This document shows positions 26,870 to 36,136 of a stretch of DNA of 64,000 nt, piece after piece (position 1 is the first letter of the stretch; each line of letters begins with the position of its first letter). The DNA lies in contig JBAYIR010000001.1 of assembly GCA_041665505.1 (NCBI GenBank), positions 220,392 through 284,391 of the forward strand, in the 5' to 3' direction. The position numbers and the translations under genes are program-made. Below the pieces are notes generated by a model. It was given only the letters and a program-made list of their open reading frames with translations. It did no database searches and was not told the DNA's origin. The stretch comes from Patescibacteria group bacterium (lineage in GTDB: Bacteria; Patescibacteriota; Patescibacteriia; UBA1558; GWA2-36-10).

Positions 26870-26916
26870 CCAAAGTTAATGTCAATAGTTATACTATAGT
26901 CCAAAATTAATGTCAA
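26870..26916 (-). promoter_or_regulatory. Promoter region of the HD gene with a duplicated -35 segment
   Basis: TTGACATTAA(T/C)TTTGG twice, 31 bp apart; the distal copy is followed by 17 bp and TATAAC. Confidence 0.6.
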
Positions 26917-26947
26917 ACATATATTTGTTGATAAATTAGCTAAAATA

Positions 26948-26977
26948 TTGACATAATATCTTTTTTTGTTCTATTAT
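26948..26977 (+). promoter_or_regulatory. Sigma70 promoter for structured RNA B
   Basis: TTGACA-18bp-TATTAT. Confidence 0.65.
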
Positions 26978-26982
26978 TTAAG

Positions 26983-27346
26983 GGTATCTAGAAGTTCCAT
27001 TTTCAAAATCCATCGTGGTTGTAGAAGTCCTAGGAGGGGAAGAAAGAAGCGACTCAATTAGGGAAGATGACCATGATGGTAGACCATCAAACTACGAAGT
27101 TAAGTAGAGGCGCCTGAACGTCTGCCAAACGACGGCCCTCTCCAGCCAATTAACTTCCTGCTTTGATGGTCATCCTTGGATGACTGCTGCTGTGAGCATC
27201 ACGTGTGAGTATCACGCCGAGCTCTCGCCTTCGGCATAGGTGGTGTTTTGCTCAACCCGAGCTTAAGTTCTAAGTCCTCAGCCGCTTGTAGCAGCAGCAT
27301 CCATGGATGAGCCCCCGGTCCGTACTGGGGGCTCGCTTTCTTTTTT
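26983..27346 (+). ncRNA. Candidate structured ncRNA B (about 360 nt; three long hairpins plus terminator)
   Basis: Stems 27010-27079, 27082-27171 and 27172-27308 abut each other; terminator GAGCCCCCGGT/ACTGGGGGCTC plus U-tract; only tiny ORFs. Confidence 0.7.
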
Positions 27347-27359
27347 AAAATTTATACTA

Positions 27360-27388
27360 TTGACATTAACTATAAAATAAGCTATAAT
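27360..27388 (+). promoter_or_regulatory. Consensus sigma70 promoter for structured RNA C
   Basis: TTGACA-17bp-TATAAT, perfect consensus. Confidence 0.8.
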
Positions 27389-27394
27389 ATATAA

Positions 27395-27640
27395 TCCTTT
27401 CGTTTTTTGTAGCCATGAGCTAATAAGCTAATGGGTCGCCGGTAGGTAACTCCAGGTCGTTGTAAGGGCACCCTCCTTCAATGACTGCCACCACGCCTGT
27501 CGGCGACCCAGTTAATAGTTGGACCTTGGGCTGGGAAGCATATTCCCCAGCACCACTAGCCGAGCTGAGCTGAGCGGAAAACTCAGTCCAAGGTCCACCA
27601 CCTTTTGCCCTGCCAGAAGATCACTTCGGCAGGGTCTTCA
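27395..27640 (+). ncRNA. Candidate structured ncRNA C (about 245 nt)
   Basis: Stems TGGGTCGCCGGTAGG/CCTGTCGGCGACCCA, GGACCTTGGG/TCCAAGGTCC and GCCCTGCC.GAAG/CTTCGGCAGGGT. Confidence 0.68.
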
Positions 27641-27732
27641 ATTTGTCAAAATTAATTGACTTTTTAGCTTAAATTTATTAAAATATATAAGTATTTACTA
27701 TAAAAGTAGTAAATTTTTTCCAATAAACAATT

Positions 27733-29502
27733 ATGACTAGCCAAGAATTAAAAAACAATTTTTTCCAATATTTTCAGAGCAAAGATCATACTTTGATTAG
27801 TTCTGCTTCTTTGATTCCAGAAAATGACCCCACAGTATTATTTACTACTGCTGGTATGCATCCTTTGGTCCCATATTTGATGGGTGAAAAACATCCTGCT
27901 GGTCTGCGTCTGGTTAATGTTCAAAAATGTCTACGCACCGGAGATATTGATGAGGTAGGGGATGCTACACACCATACTTTTTTTGAAATGCTTGGTAATT
28001 GGTCTTTGGGGGATTATTTTAAAAAAGAGGCTATTGAATTTTCTTGGGAATTTTTAACTGAGATATTAAAACTAGATAAAAATAAATTAGCTGTTAGTGT
28101 CTTTGCTGGAGATGATGATGTTAGTCGTGATGAAGAAAGCTCTCAGATTTGGCAAAGCATTGGCGTTAGCAAAATTGCTTATCTTGGTAAAAAAGATAAT
28201 TGGTGGGGCCCAGCTGGACAGACTGGTCCTTGTGGTCCAGATACTGAAATATTTTATTGGACTAGTAGTGAGTCTGTACCAGATAATTTTGATCCAGAAG
28301 ATAAACGCTGGGTAGAAATCTGGAACAATGTCCTGATGCAATATAATAAAACTATTAATGGCCAGTATGAGCCACTGAATCAAAAAAATATTGACACTGG
28401 TATGGGTCTAGAAAGGACTCTAGCTGTTTTAAATGGTCTAGATGATAATTATTTGACTGAACTTTGGCAGCCGATTATTAAACAATTAGAAAAATTGTCA
28501 GCTAAAAAATACGGAGATGATAAAAAATCTTTTCGTATTGTAGCTGATCATATCAGGAGTGCTGTATTTTTGATGGGTGACCCTAGAGGTATTGCTCCGG
28601 CCAATAAAGATCAAGGTTATGTACTGCGTCGATTAATCAGACGAGCCATTCGTTTTGCTAAATTATTGGGTATAGAACAAGATTTTTGTGTATCCTTAGC
28701 TCAAGTGATTATTGATTTATATAAAATAGATTACCCGGAATTAGAAACAAATCAAAAATTTATAATTGATGAATTAGCTAAAGAAGAAAATAAATTTAGT
28801 CAGACGATTGAAAAAGGTATTAAAGAATTAGAAAAATTAGTAGACAAAAATTTGCTCAATGAAAAAGAAGCTTTTCAACTTTTTGCTACTTATGGCTTTC
28901 CATTAGAGATGACTTTGGAATTAGCTAAAGAAAAAGGCTTAAATTTGTCTGAAAGTAAATATCAAACAGAATTTAAACAACACCAAGATTTATCTCGCAC
29001 CGCTTCAGCTGGTATGTTTAAAGGTGGTTTAGCTGATGATAGCGAAATGGCCACCAAATATCATACTGCTACTCATCTTTTGCACCAAGCACTGCGTAAT
29101 GTTTTAGGTAATCATGTGGAGCAGCGTGGTTCTAATATCAATGCTGAGCGCTTACGTTTTGATTTTGTACATCCTGATCCAATGACCGCAGAGCAGATAA
29201 AAAAAGTAGAGGATATTGTCAATCAACAAATTCAATTGGCTTTGGCAGTTACTTGTGATGAGATGTCAGTAGCTGAAGCCAAAGAGCAGGGAGCAATTGG
29301 ATTATTTGATAAAAAATACGGAGAAAAAATAAAAGTATACACAGTTGGTCCAAACTCCTCAACCAGCTCGGAACCTCCTTTTAGTCGGGAAATTTGTGGT
29401 GGTCCACATGTCAAAAATACTAATGAATTAGGTAAATTTAGTATCAAAAAAGAGCAGTCTTCTTCAGCTGGTATCAGACGTATAAAAGCGGTGTTAGAAT
29501 AA
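27733..29502 (+). CDS. alaS: Alanine--tRNA ligase (short form without the C-Ala domain)
   Basis: LFTTAGM, HHTFFEMLGNWS, GPCGPDTE, IDTGMGLER, HTATHLL, EICGGPHV, AGIRRIKA. Confidence 0.97.
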   Translation: MTSQELKNNFFQYFQSKDHTLISSASLIPENDPTVLFTTAGMHPLVPYLMGEKHPAGLRLVNVQKCLRTGDIDEVGDATHHTFFEMLGNWSLGDYFKKEAIEFSWEFLTEILKLDKNKLAVSVFAGDDDVSRDEESSQIWQSIGVSKIAYLGKKDNWWGPAGQTGPCGPDTEIFYWTSSESVPDNFDPEDKRWVEIWNNVLMQYNKTINGQYEPLNQKNIDTGMGLERTLAVLNGLDDNYLTELWQPIIKQLEKLSAKKYGDDKKSFRIVADHIRSAVFLMGDPRGIAPANKDQGYVLRRLIRRAIRFAKLLGIEQDFCVSLAQVIIDLYKIDYPELETNQKFIIDELAKEENKFSQTIEKGIKELEKLVDKNLLNEKEAFQLFATYGFPLEMTLELAKEKGLNLSESKYQTEFKQHQDLSRTASAGMFKGGLADDSEMATKYHTATHLLHQALRNVLGNHVEQRGSNINAERLRFDFVHPDPMTAEQIKKVEDIVNQQIQLALAVTCDEMSVAEAKEQGAIGLFDKKYGEKIKVYTVGPNSSTSSEPPFSREICGGPHVKNTNELGKFSIKKEQSSSAGIRRIKAVLE

Positions 29503-29567
29503 TTGCTATAAATTATTAAATTTGCTACATTTAATATATATAATATATAAATTATTAAACAAAAATT

Positions 29568-29777
29568 ATGAAAAAAACAATCGTCTTAAGTATTTTACTA
29601 TTAGTAGCTAAGGCCGCCAAAGCCCAAGAAACAACTACAACAGTAGCTCCTTTTTGGCAAGATAAAACTTTTTTAATGTTAACTGGTGGAGCACTTTTCT
29701 TGATTATTCTTCTAATAGTTAAAAAGGTAGTAGAAAAACGTAGCGCCAAAAAATACACCAATAGTGAAAATTCATAA
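29568..29777 (+). CDS. Small protein with a signal peptide and one TM helix
   Basis: MKK-hydrophobic-AKA|QE, TM, basic tail; 5 bp from the next gene. Confidence 0.6.
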   Translation: MKKTIVLSILLLVAKAAKAQETTTTVAPFWQDKTFLMLTGGALFLIILLIVKKVVEKRSAKKYTNSENS

Positions 29778-29782
29778 AATTT

Positions 29783-30145
29783 ATGGAGTTTAAAATTTAT
29801 AATCAAAATTTTGATTTGTCTGAGCCTTTTAGGCAATATCTACAAGAAAAGTTTAATAGCCTAGATAAATATCAAGCTAATATTCTTGATTTTCAAATAA
29901 AACTCATTAGAGATCAACATCATCAGAAAGGTGAGGTTTATATTATAGAAGTAAAATTGTCTTTACCAAATACTGAATCTATATTTATCAAAGAAGAAGC
30001 TAGTGACGCTCGGGCCGCTGTAGATCAGGCTCAGGAAAAATTGGCTAGACTTTTGGTTAAAAATAAAAATAGGAAATTGGGTAAATTAAGAAGAAATATT
30101 AAAAAATTTCAATCATTAAAATTTTGGAAAAAGAAAGAATACTAG
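29783..30145 (+). CDS. hpf: Ribosome hibernation promoting factor (HPF/RaiA)
   Basis: NFDLSEPFRQYLQEK...DARAAVD pattern; directly upstream of secA. Confidence 0.85.
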   Translation: MEFKIYNQNFDLSEPFRQYLQEKFNSLDKYQANILDFQIKLIRDQHHQKGEVYIIEVKLSLPNTESIFIKEEASDARAAVDQAQEKLARLLVKNKNRKLGKLRRNIKKFQSLKFWKKKEY

Positions 30146-30146
30146 T

Positions 30147-32909
30147 ATGTTAAAATTCATAGATAAGCTGTTTGGAGATGCTAATGAAAAATTTTTAAAA
30201 ACTCTTGAGCCTCAAATAAATGCTATAAATGAGGCGGAACAAAAATTTCTCAAACAGACTGATGAAGAACTGAAAGCTGAGAGTTTAAATTTAAAACAAC
30301 AAATAAAAGACGGTACCAAATTGGATGATGTCCTGGTACCGGCTTTTGCCCTTGTAAAGGTAGCGGCCCAGCGTACTTTGGGTCAACGTCATTATGATGT
30401 ACAGCTACTGGGTGGTATTGTCTTACACCAAGGACAAATAGCTGAAATGAAAACTGGTGAAGGTAAAACCCTTACTTCAACTTTAGCTATATATTTAAAT
30501 GCTCTAGCTGGACAAGGCGTGCATGTGATTACTGTTAATGACTATTTAGCCAAACGTGATGCTGTTTGGATGTCCAAAATATATTCATTTTTAGGCTTAA
30601 GTATTGGTGTAATTTCTCATGAAAGTGCTTTTGTTTATGATACTAGTCACAGTGCTGACAAAAATTTAGACTCTCAGGTTAAAATAGCTATGGATTATTT
30701 AAGGCCAGTCGCTAGAAAAGAGGCTTATGCAGCTGATATTACTTATGGTACCAATAATGAGTTTGGTTTTGACTATTTGCGTGACAATATGGCTCAAGAT
30801 GCCGCCAGGCAAGTCCAACGCGGATTGCATTATGCTTTAATTGATGAAGTTGATAGTGTTTTAATTGATGAAGCTAGAACACCATTGATAATTTCTGCTC
30901 CAGCTGAACAATCGACTGATCGCTACAGCCAGTTTGCCCAAATAATTGAAAATCTTAAAGTCAATGAAGATTATAATATTGATGAAAAAATGAAAGCTTG
31001 TACCTTGACTGAAGAGGGTTTGATAAAAATGGAAAAACTGCTAGGCGTAGATAATATCTATGAGAGTCATGGTATGGAGATTATCCATCATATAGAGTCT
31101 GCTCTTAAAGCTAAAACTTTGTTTGCCAAGGATATAGATTATGTCATCAAAGACAATGAAATAATAATTATTGATGAATTTACTGGTCGAATGATGCCAG
31201 GTCGTCGTTATAGTGAAGGACTTCATCAAGCTATTGAAGCTAAAGAAGGAGTAGAAGTCCAACGTGAAAGTATGACATTAGCTACTGTCACTTTTCAAAA
31301 TTATTTTCGTATGTATACCAAATTGGCTGGTATGACTGGAACGGCGGCTACTGAAGCTGAAGAAATGGCCAAAATTTATCATTTAGATGTTACTGTCATA
31401 CCGACTAACAAAGCTTTTATTAGAGATGATCGCGCTGATAGAATTTATAAAAACTATCGTGGCAAGCTCAAATCTATTATTAAAGAGATAAAAGAGCGCC
31501 ATGAAAAAGGTCAGCCAGTGCTAGTTGGTACTATTTCTATTGAAAAAAATGAAGAGCTTGGACAACTATTAGAAAAAGCTGGCATTCCACACCAACTACT
31601 CAATGCCAAATTTCATGAAAAAGAAGCAGAGATTATTGCTCAAGCTGGTCGCAGAGGTGCAGTGACTGTAGCTACCAACATGGCTGGCCGAGGAGTAGAT
31701 ATTATATTAGGTGGAGCACCATTTGATCAGGTCAAATATGATGAAATCATCTCTTTGGGTGGTTTGCATGTTTTGGGTACAGAACGTCATGAATCACGTC
31801 GCATTGACAATCAGCTGCGCGGTCGTAGTGGTCGTCAAGGTGATATTGGTTCATCTCAATTTTATATTTCCATGGAAGATGATTTGATGCGGGTTTTTGG
31901 TTCAGATCGTATGAAAAACGTCATGGATAGATTAGGTCTAGCCGAAGACATGCCTATAGAAAATAAAATCATTTCCAATTCTATAGAATCAGCTCAAAAG
32001 AAAGTAGAAGGTCATAATTTTGATATTAGAAAACATTTGGTAGAATATGATGATGTTATCAATAAACATCGTCAAGTGGTTTATAATTCTCGTCAGCAAT
32101 TACTACAAATTTTTTCTGACAAAGAACACAAATCTGAAAAAACTTCTCAAGATATAGTTTTAGATTATGTCAGCCAAGAAATTGAAAATGTTATCTCATT
32201 TCATACTTTGGGTGAAAAAAATGTAGGGGACTTTGATCCCAAAGAAATTTTGGAAACTTTAAAAGCTATATTTATTCTGGATAGTCAAGAAGAAAATAAA
32301 ATAAAAGAACTTTTGACTCAAAACGGTCGCAGTAATTCTCATGACAATCGGGATAAAATAATTGAGTATATTATTTCTATTGCCAAGGAAAAGTATCTTA
32401 AATTGACTGAGGAAATAAATACCAATGTCAGTCTAGCTGATAATACTTGGACACCAATGCAAATTATTGAGTGTAGTATGGTGCTTAGAAGTATTGATAC
32501 TCTATGGGTAGAACATTTGACTGCTATGGATAAGCTCCGGACAGGTATTGGCTTACAAGGCTATGGTCAAAGAGATCCACTGGTGGAATACAAACGTGAG
32601 GCCTTTGGTCTTTTTAATAGTTTACTTGATGCTATCCGTAAACAAATAGTTTATTCTGTCTTCAAAGTCAGTTTAAAAAGAAATGCCGTTGCCAATAACC
32701 CCAGCCAAGCTAGACCAGGGGAAAGCCAAAAAGTTTTTGAAGAGCAAAAACAAGGCTATCAGCCATTTCAAAAACAAGTAGCCAATCGAGAAGTCCAACA
32801 TAAAGCTGTTTCCAATAAACCAAAAAATCAGGCTGGCGAAATAATCGGCCGAAATGACCTCTGTTATTGCGGTTCTAGTAAAAAATATAAGAAGTGCCAT
32901 GGGAAGTAA
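30147..32909 (+). CDS. secA: Preprotein translocase subunit SecA
   Basis: EMKTGEGKT, IDEVDSVLIDEARTPL, ATNMAGRG, QLRGRSGRQGD, SEC-C motif. Confidence 0.98.
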   Translation: MLKFIDKLFGDANEKFLKTLEPQINAINEAEQKFLKQTDEELKAESLNLKQQIKDGTKLDDVLVPAFALVKVAAQRTLGQRHYDVQLLGGIVLHQGQIAEMKTGEGKTLTSTLAIYLNALAGQGVHVITVNDYLAKRDAVWMSKIYSFLGLSIGVISHESAFVYDTSHSADKNLDSQVKIAMDYLRPVARKEAYAADITYGTNNEFGFDYLRDNMAQDAARQVQRGLHYALIDEVDSVLIDEARTPLIISAPAEQSTDRYSQFAQIIENLKVNEDYNIDEKMKACTLTEEGLIKMEKLLGVDNIYESHGMEIIHHIESALKAKTLFAKDIDYVIKDNEIIIIDEFTGRMMPGRRYSEGLHQAIEAKEGVEVQRESMTLATVTFQNYFRMYTKLAGMTGTAATEAEEMAKIYHLDVTVIPTNKAFIRDDRADRIYKNYRGKLKSIIKEIKERHEKGQPVLVGTISIEKNEELGQLLEKAGIPHQLLNAKFHEKEAEIIAQAGRRGAVTVATNMAGRGVDIILGGAPFDQVKYDEIISLGGLHVLGTERHESRRIDNQLRGRSGRQGDIGSSQFYISMEDDLMRVFGSDRMKNVMDRLGLAEDMPIENKIISNSIESAQKKVEGHNFDIRKHLVEYDDVINKHRQVVYNSRQQLLQIFSDKEHKSEKTSQDIVLDYVSQEIENVISFHTLGEKNVGDFDPKEILETLKAIFILDSQEENKIKELLTQNGRSNSHDNRDKIIEYIISIAKEKYLKLTEEINTNVSLADNTWTPMQIIECSMVLRSIDTLWVEHLTAMDKLRTGIGLQGYGQRDPLVEYKREAFGLFNSLLDAIRKQIVYSVFKVSLKRNAVANNPSQARPGESQKVFEEQKQGYQPFQKQVANREVQHKAVSNKPKNQAGEIIGRNDLCYCGSSKKYKKCHGK

Positions 32910-32929
32910 AATTTAATTTATTTAAATTT

Positions 32930-33250
32930 ATGGATTTAAAAGGACACATTAAGCGGGCTGTAACCATCAAAAATAAGTATGCTTTAGTGGAAATAAAAAC
33001 ATCTGGCAAGCCATGGAGTGTTTTGGAAAGAACTCAGGGTTTCATGGGAGATGCTGGAGATTTAATGAAGCTAGTAATGGCTAAAAATAATTTAAGAAAC
33101 ATTGATAATGTTGATGAAAAATTAAAACACGAGTTATCTGATTGTTTATGGTCAATATTAGTCATTGCCGATGAGTTAGGTATAGATATGGATGAGGAAT
33201 TTACAAAAAGTATGGATGATTTAGAAAAAAAAATTTTAGTTATAAAATAA
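32930..33250 (+). CDS. MazG-like nucleotide pyrophosphohydrolase
   Basis: GFMGDAGDL...LKHELSDCLWSILVIADELGIDM; ATG at 32930. Confidence 0.8.
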   Translation: MDLKGHIKRAVTIKNKYALVEIKTSGKPWSVLERTQGFMGDAGDLMKLVMAKNNLRNIDNVDEKLKHELSDCLWSILVIADELGIDMDEEFTKSMDDLEKKILVIK

Positions 33251-33282
33251 AGTATAAACATTATCATGGGAAATAAAGCACT

Positions 33283-33618
33283 ATGAAGAAATTCCGAACA
33301 AAAGAATACGAAGAAGATTGCAGAATAACAGGAGAATTTAATAATTGTACTTTAGCTATTGCCCGCGCAGTAACAAAAGAGCTTTTGCCTCAAGAAAAGA
33401 TGCATTCTCATCTTAATACCACGGAATATTATATATTCCTTAGAGGTAAAGCTGAAATGTTGGTTAATAATGATATTATTAAGGTAGCCCAAGGGGATGT
33501 TTTGATGATTGAACCTGGAGAAATGCATAAAGTAAACAAAATAATAGAAGAGATAGACTATATCGCTATACGTGACTCAATTACCAAAGATAAAAAATTA
33601 AATGACAAACAGTCATAA
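33283..33618 (+). CDS. Cupin domain protein
   Basis: HSH...EYYIFLRG and GDVLMIEPGEMH. Confidence 0.88.
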   Translation: MKKFRTKEYEEDCRITGEFNNCTLAIARAVTKELLPQEKMHSHLNTTEYYIFLRGKAEMLVNNDIIKVAQGDVLMIEPGEMHKVNKIIEEIDYIAIRDSITKDKKLNDKQS

Positions 33619-36133
33619 GGCAAAAAAATTTATATTTACTAGTTATAAATTAGAACCCAGTAAGACTAGGGCCATTTTTAACTATGCTATTGAATTTGAA
33701 AACAAGCAACCAAGTCTTTCTTTTAGCGAGACCATCATTTTCCCTAGAAAATTTTCTGTTAAAAATATACCTACTGGTTTATTAGAAAATGTCTTAAGCA
33801 GTGTGCATCTAATGTTGGGCATTAGCTATTATAAGCTATACTGTCCGCCAAAAATTATAATAAAATCAAAACCAATTTCCAAAGAGCAAGCCGAGTTTTG
33901 GAGTACTGTTTATAAAAAAGGACTGGGAGAATTTTTTTATCAAAATAAAATTGATCCCAGTAATTTAATAAAATTTCCTTTTGCTAATAAGGTCAAAACT
34001 AGTTCTTATTCTTTGAAGCGGAAAGAAAGAATGCTGGTAGGAATTGGTGGCGGTAAAGATTCTATTGTTGTCGGCGAACTACTTAAAGAAAATAATAAGG
34101 ATATAACAGCCCTGCTTATTGCCACGCAAAAAAGCTCAGCCATTTCTGAGGCAGTTGTTGCTAAAATGGAGATTCCGGCTCTAAAAATAAAACGCTATCT
34201 TGATGAAAAAATATTTACTGAGCACCTTGGTGCCTACAATGGACATATCCCAATTTCGGCGGTGTTTGCCTGGCTAGGTTATTTAACAGCTACCCTATAT
34301 GATTATTCCCATGTGGCTGTTGGCAATGAGTATAGCAGCAACTTTGGTAATATAAAATATAAAAAAGAAGACATAAATCACCAGTGGAGTAAATCTCTGG
34401 AATTTGAAAATCTTTTCCAAAATTACACCAAAAAATTCCTATCAGCCGATATCCTTTATTTCTCCTTGCTCAGGCCATTTTATGAAATCAGGATTGCGGA
34501 AATGTTTGCCAAATACAAGCAGTATTTTCCGGTTTTTTCCAGTTGTAATAGAAATTTTAAAGTACACGAAAAAAGACCAGACACTCTTTGGTGTGGTGAA
34601 TGTGCTAAATGTGTTTTTGTCTTTACGATGCTCTCTGCTTTTTTGAAAGAAAAAGAATTAGTGTCTATATTTGGTAAAAATTTATACCAGGACAAAAAAC
34701 TTTTACCCATGTTTTTAGACGTGCTTGGTTTTGGAAAAATGAAGCCTTTTGATTGTGTTGGTACTTTCGATGAAGCACAGGCAGCCTTGTATCTGGCTAG
34801 AGAAAACTTTAAAGATACTTTTATTATGAAGTATTTCTTGCCAAAAATAAAAAATCCAAAGCTATTAGTGGAGAAAGTCTTTAAGTTTAATATCACTGAC
34901 ACACTGCCTGAACAGTTTGTATTGGTTGGAGCCAGAAATGCCTTAATCTTAGGCTATGGCAAAGAGGGTAAAATGACCGAAGAGTATTTAAAAAAGTATT
35001 TCCCAAAAATAAAAATTACAATTGCGGATAAAACCCTTGATCCGAATTATCTCAAAATACAGAAAAATTTTGATATTGTGAGTAAAACTCCTGGTCTTTC
35101 TAAGCGACAAGTTTCTGTTCCCTATATTACTGCCACCAATATTTTCTTATCTCAAGTAAAAAATATTGTTATAGGCGTGACCGGTACTAAAGGCAAAAGT
35201 ACTACCTCGGCCTTGATTTATGCTATTTTAAAGGAAGCTGGTCAGAAGGTAAGCTTCTTAGGAAATATCGGTACGCCAATGCTTGGTGCTTTGATGAAGC
35301 CAATTGATAAAGATGAAATATTTGTAATTGAGCTCTCCAGTTATCAACTTGATGACATAAAATATTCTCCACACATTGCCCTGATACTAAACCTTTTTCC
35401 TGAACACATGGACTATCATGGTAGTGTTGAAAAATATTATGCTGCCAAAAAAAACATTATAAAATTTCAAAATAAAGACGATTACTTTATCTATAATAGT
35501 CAAAATGATAAGTTGAAAATATTAGCCAAATCAGCAAAAGCCCATAAACTGACCTTTGCCAAAGATTTTAATTTTAAAAATCTTAATACGGCCTTAAAGG
35601 GAAAACATAATGAACAAAACATCAAAGCAGCCATAGCAGTGGCTAAAATATTTAATATTTCCGAATCTGATATCAAAAAAGCCATAGCCAAATTTAAGCC
35701 ACTACCTCATAGACTAGAGTCGCTTGGAAAATTTTCAGATATTTTATTTATTGACGATGCTATTTCAACAACTCCCGAGTCTACAATCATGGCTCTAGAA
35801 ACAATCCCAAATATAGGAACTATTTTTTTAGGGGGGACAGATAGAGGTTATGATTTCACTGAACTGGAAAAATGCTTAAGAAAGAAAAAAATTAAAAACT
35901 TAGTTTTATTTCCTGACAGTGGTCAGCGTATTCTAAAATCAAAAGCTGGATTTAATATCTTAGAAACTTCTAGTATGGAGGAAGCTGTAGCTTTTGCTTA
36001 CAAAAATACACCCAAACAAATGACCTGTTTGCTATCAACAGCCTCTCCCAGTTATAGTCTCTGGAAAAATTTTGAGGAAAAAGGTGAACAATTTAAATAT
36101 TGGATTAAAAAACTTTCAAATAAAGCTAAATAG
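33602..36133 (+). CDS. Fused MurL (UDP-MurNAc-L-Ala-L-Glu epimerase) and MurD-type ligase
   Basis: N-half GGGKDS, NGHIPIS, NHQWSKS, SSCNRNF, WCGECAKC, KPFDCVG; C-half GVTGTKGKSTT, ELSSYQL, EHMDYH, HRLE, SPSY. Confidence 0.88.
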   Translation: MTNSHKAKKFIFTSYKLEPSKTRAIFNYAIEFENKQPSLSFSETIIFPRKFSVKNIPTGLLENVLSSVHLMLGISYYKLYCPPKIIIKSKPISKEQAEFWSTVYKKGLGEFFYQNKIDPSNLIKFPFANKVKTSSYSLKRKERMLVGIGGGKDSIVVGELLKENNKDITALLIATQKSSAISEAVVAKMEIPALKIKRYLDEKIFTEHLGAYNGHIPISAVFAWLGYLTATLYDYSHVAVGNEYSSNFGNIKYKKEDINHQWSKSLEFENLFQNYTKKFLSADILYFSLLRPFYEIRIAEMFAKYKQYFPVFSSCNRNFKVHEKRPDTLWCGECAKCVFVFTMLSAFLKEKELVSIFGKNLYQDKKLLPMFLDVLGFGKMKPFDCVGTFDEAQAALYLARENFKDTFIMKYFLPKIKNPKLLVEKVFKFNITDTLPEQFVLVGARNALILGYGKEGKMTEEYLKKYFPKIKITIADKTLDPNYLKIQKNFDIVSKTPGLSKRQVSVPYITATNIFLSQVKNIVIGVTGTKGKSTTSALIYAILKEAGQKVSFLGNIGTPMLGALMKPIDKDEIFVIELSSYQLDDIKYSPHIALILNLFPEHMDYHGSVEKYYAAKKNIIKFQNKDDYFIYNSQNDKLKILAKSAKAHKLTFAKDFNFKNLNTALKGKHNEQNIKAAIAVAKIFNISESDIKKAIAKFKPLPHRLESLGKFSDILFIDDAISTTPESTIMALETIPNIGTIFLGGTDRGYDFTELEKCLRKKKIKNLVLFPDSGQRILKSKAGFNILETSSMEEAVAFAYKNTPKQMTCLLSTASPSYSLWKNFEEKGEQFKYWIKKLSNKAK

Positions 36134-36136
36134 CTC

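Noticed and set aside
25627-26899. Plus-strand ORFs 25627..25884, 25872..26063, 26444..26638 and 26657..26899
   Set aside because: They are shadows of the minus-strand genes (which carry SD motifs and 3' hairpins) or span AT-rich promoter DNA
26983-27346. RNA B as RNase P RNA or tmRNA
   Set aside because: Only loose resemblance (GAAGTCC, AACCCGAGCTTA); no GAGGAAAGUCC/P4 pairing, no P1 enclosing the molecule, no tRNA-Ala-like ends or tag ORF
27395-27732. T-box riboswitch for alaS
   Set aside because: No UGGNACC antiterminator bulge or stem I AG/GNUG motifs, and alaS has its own TTGACT-17-TAAAAT promoter near 27656
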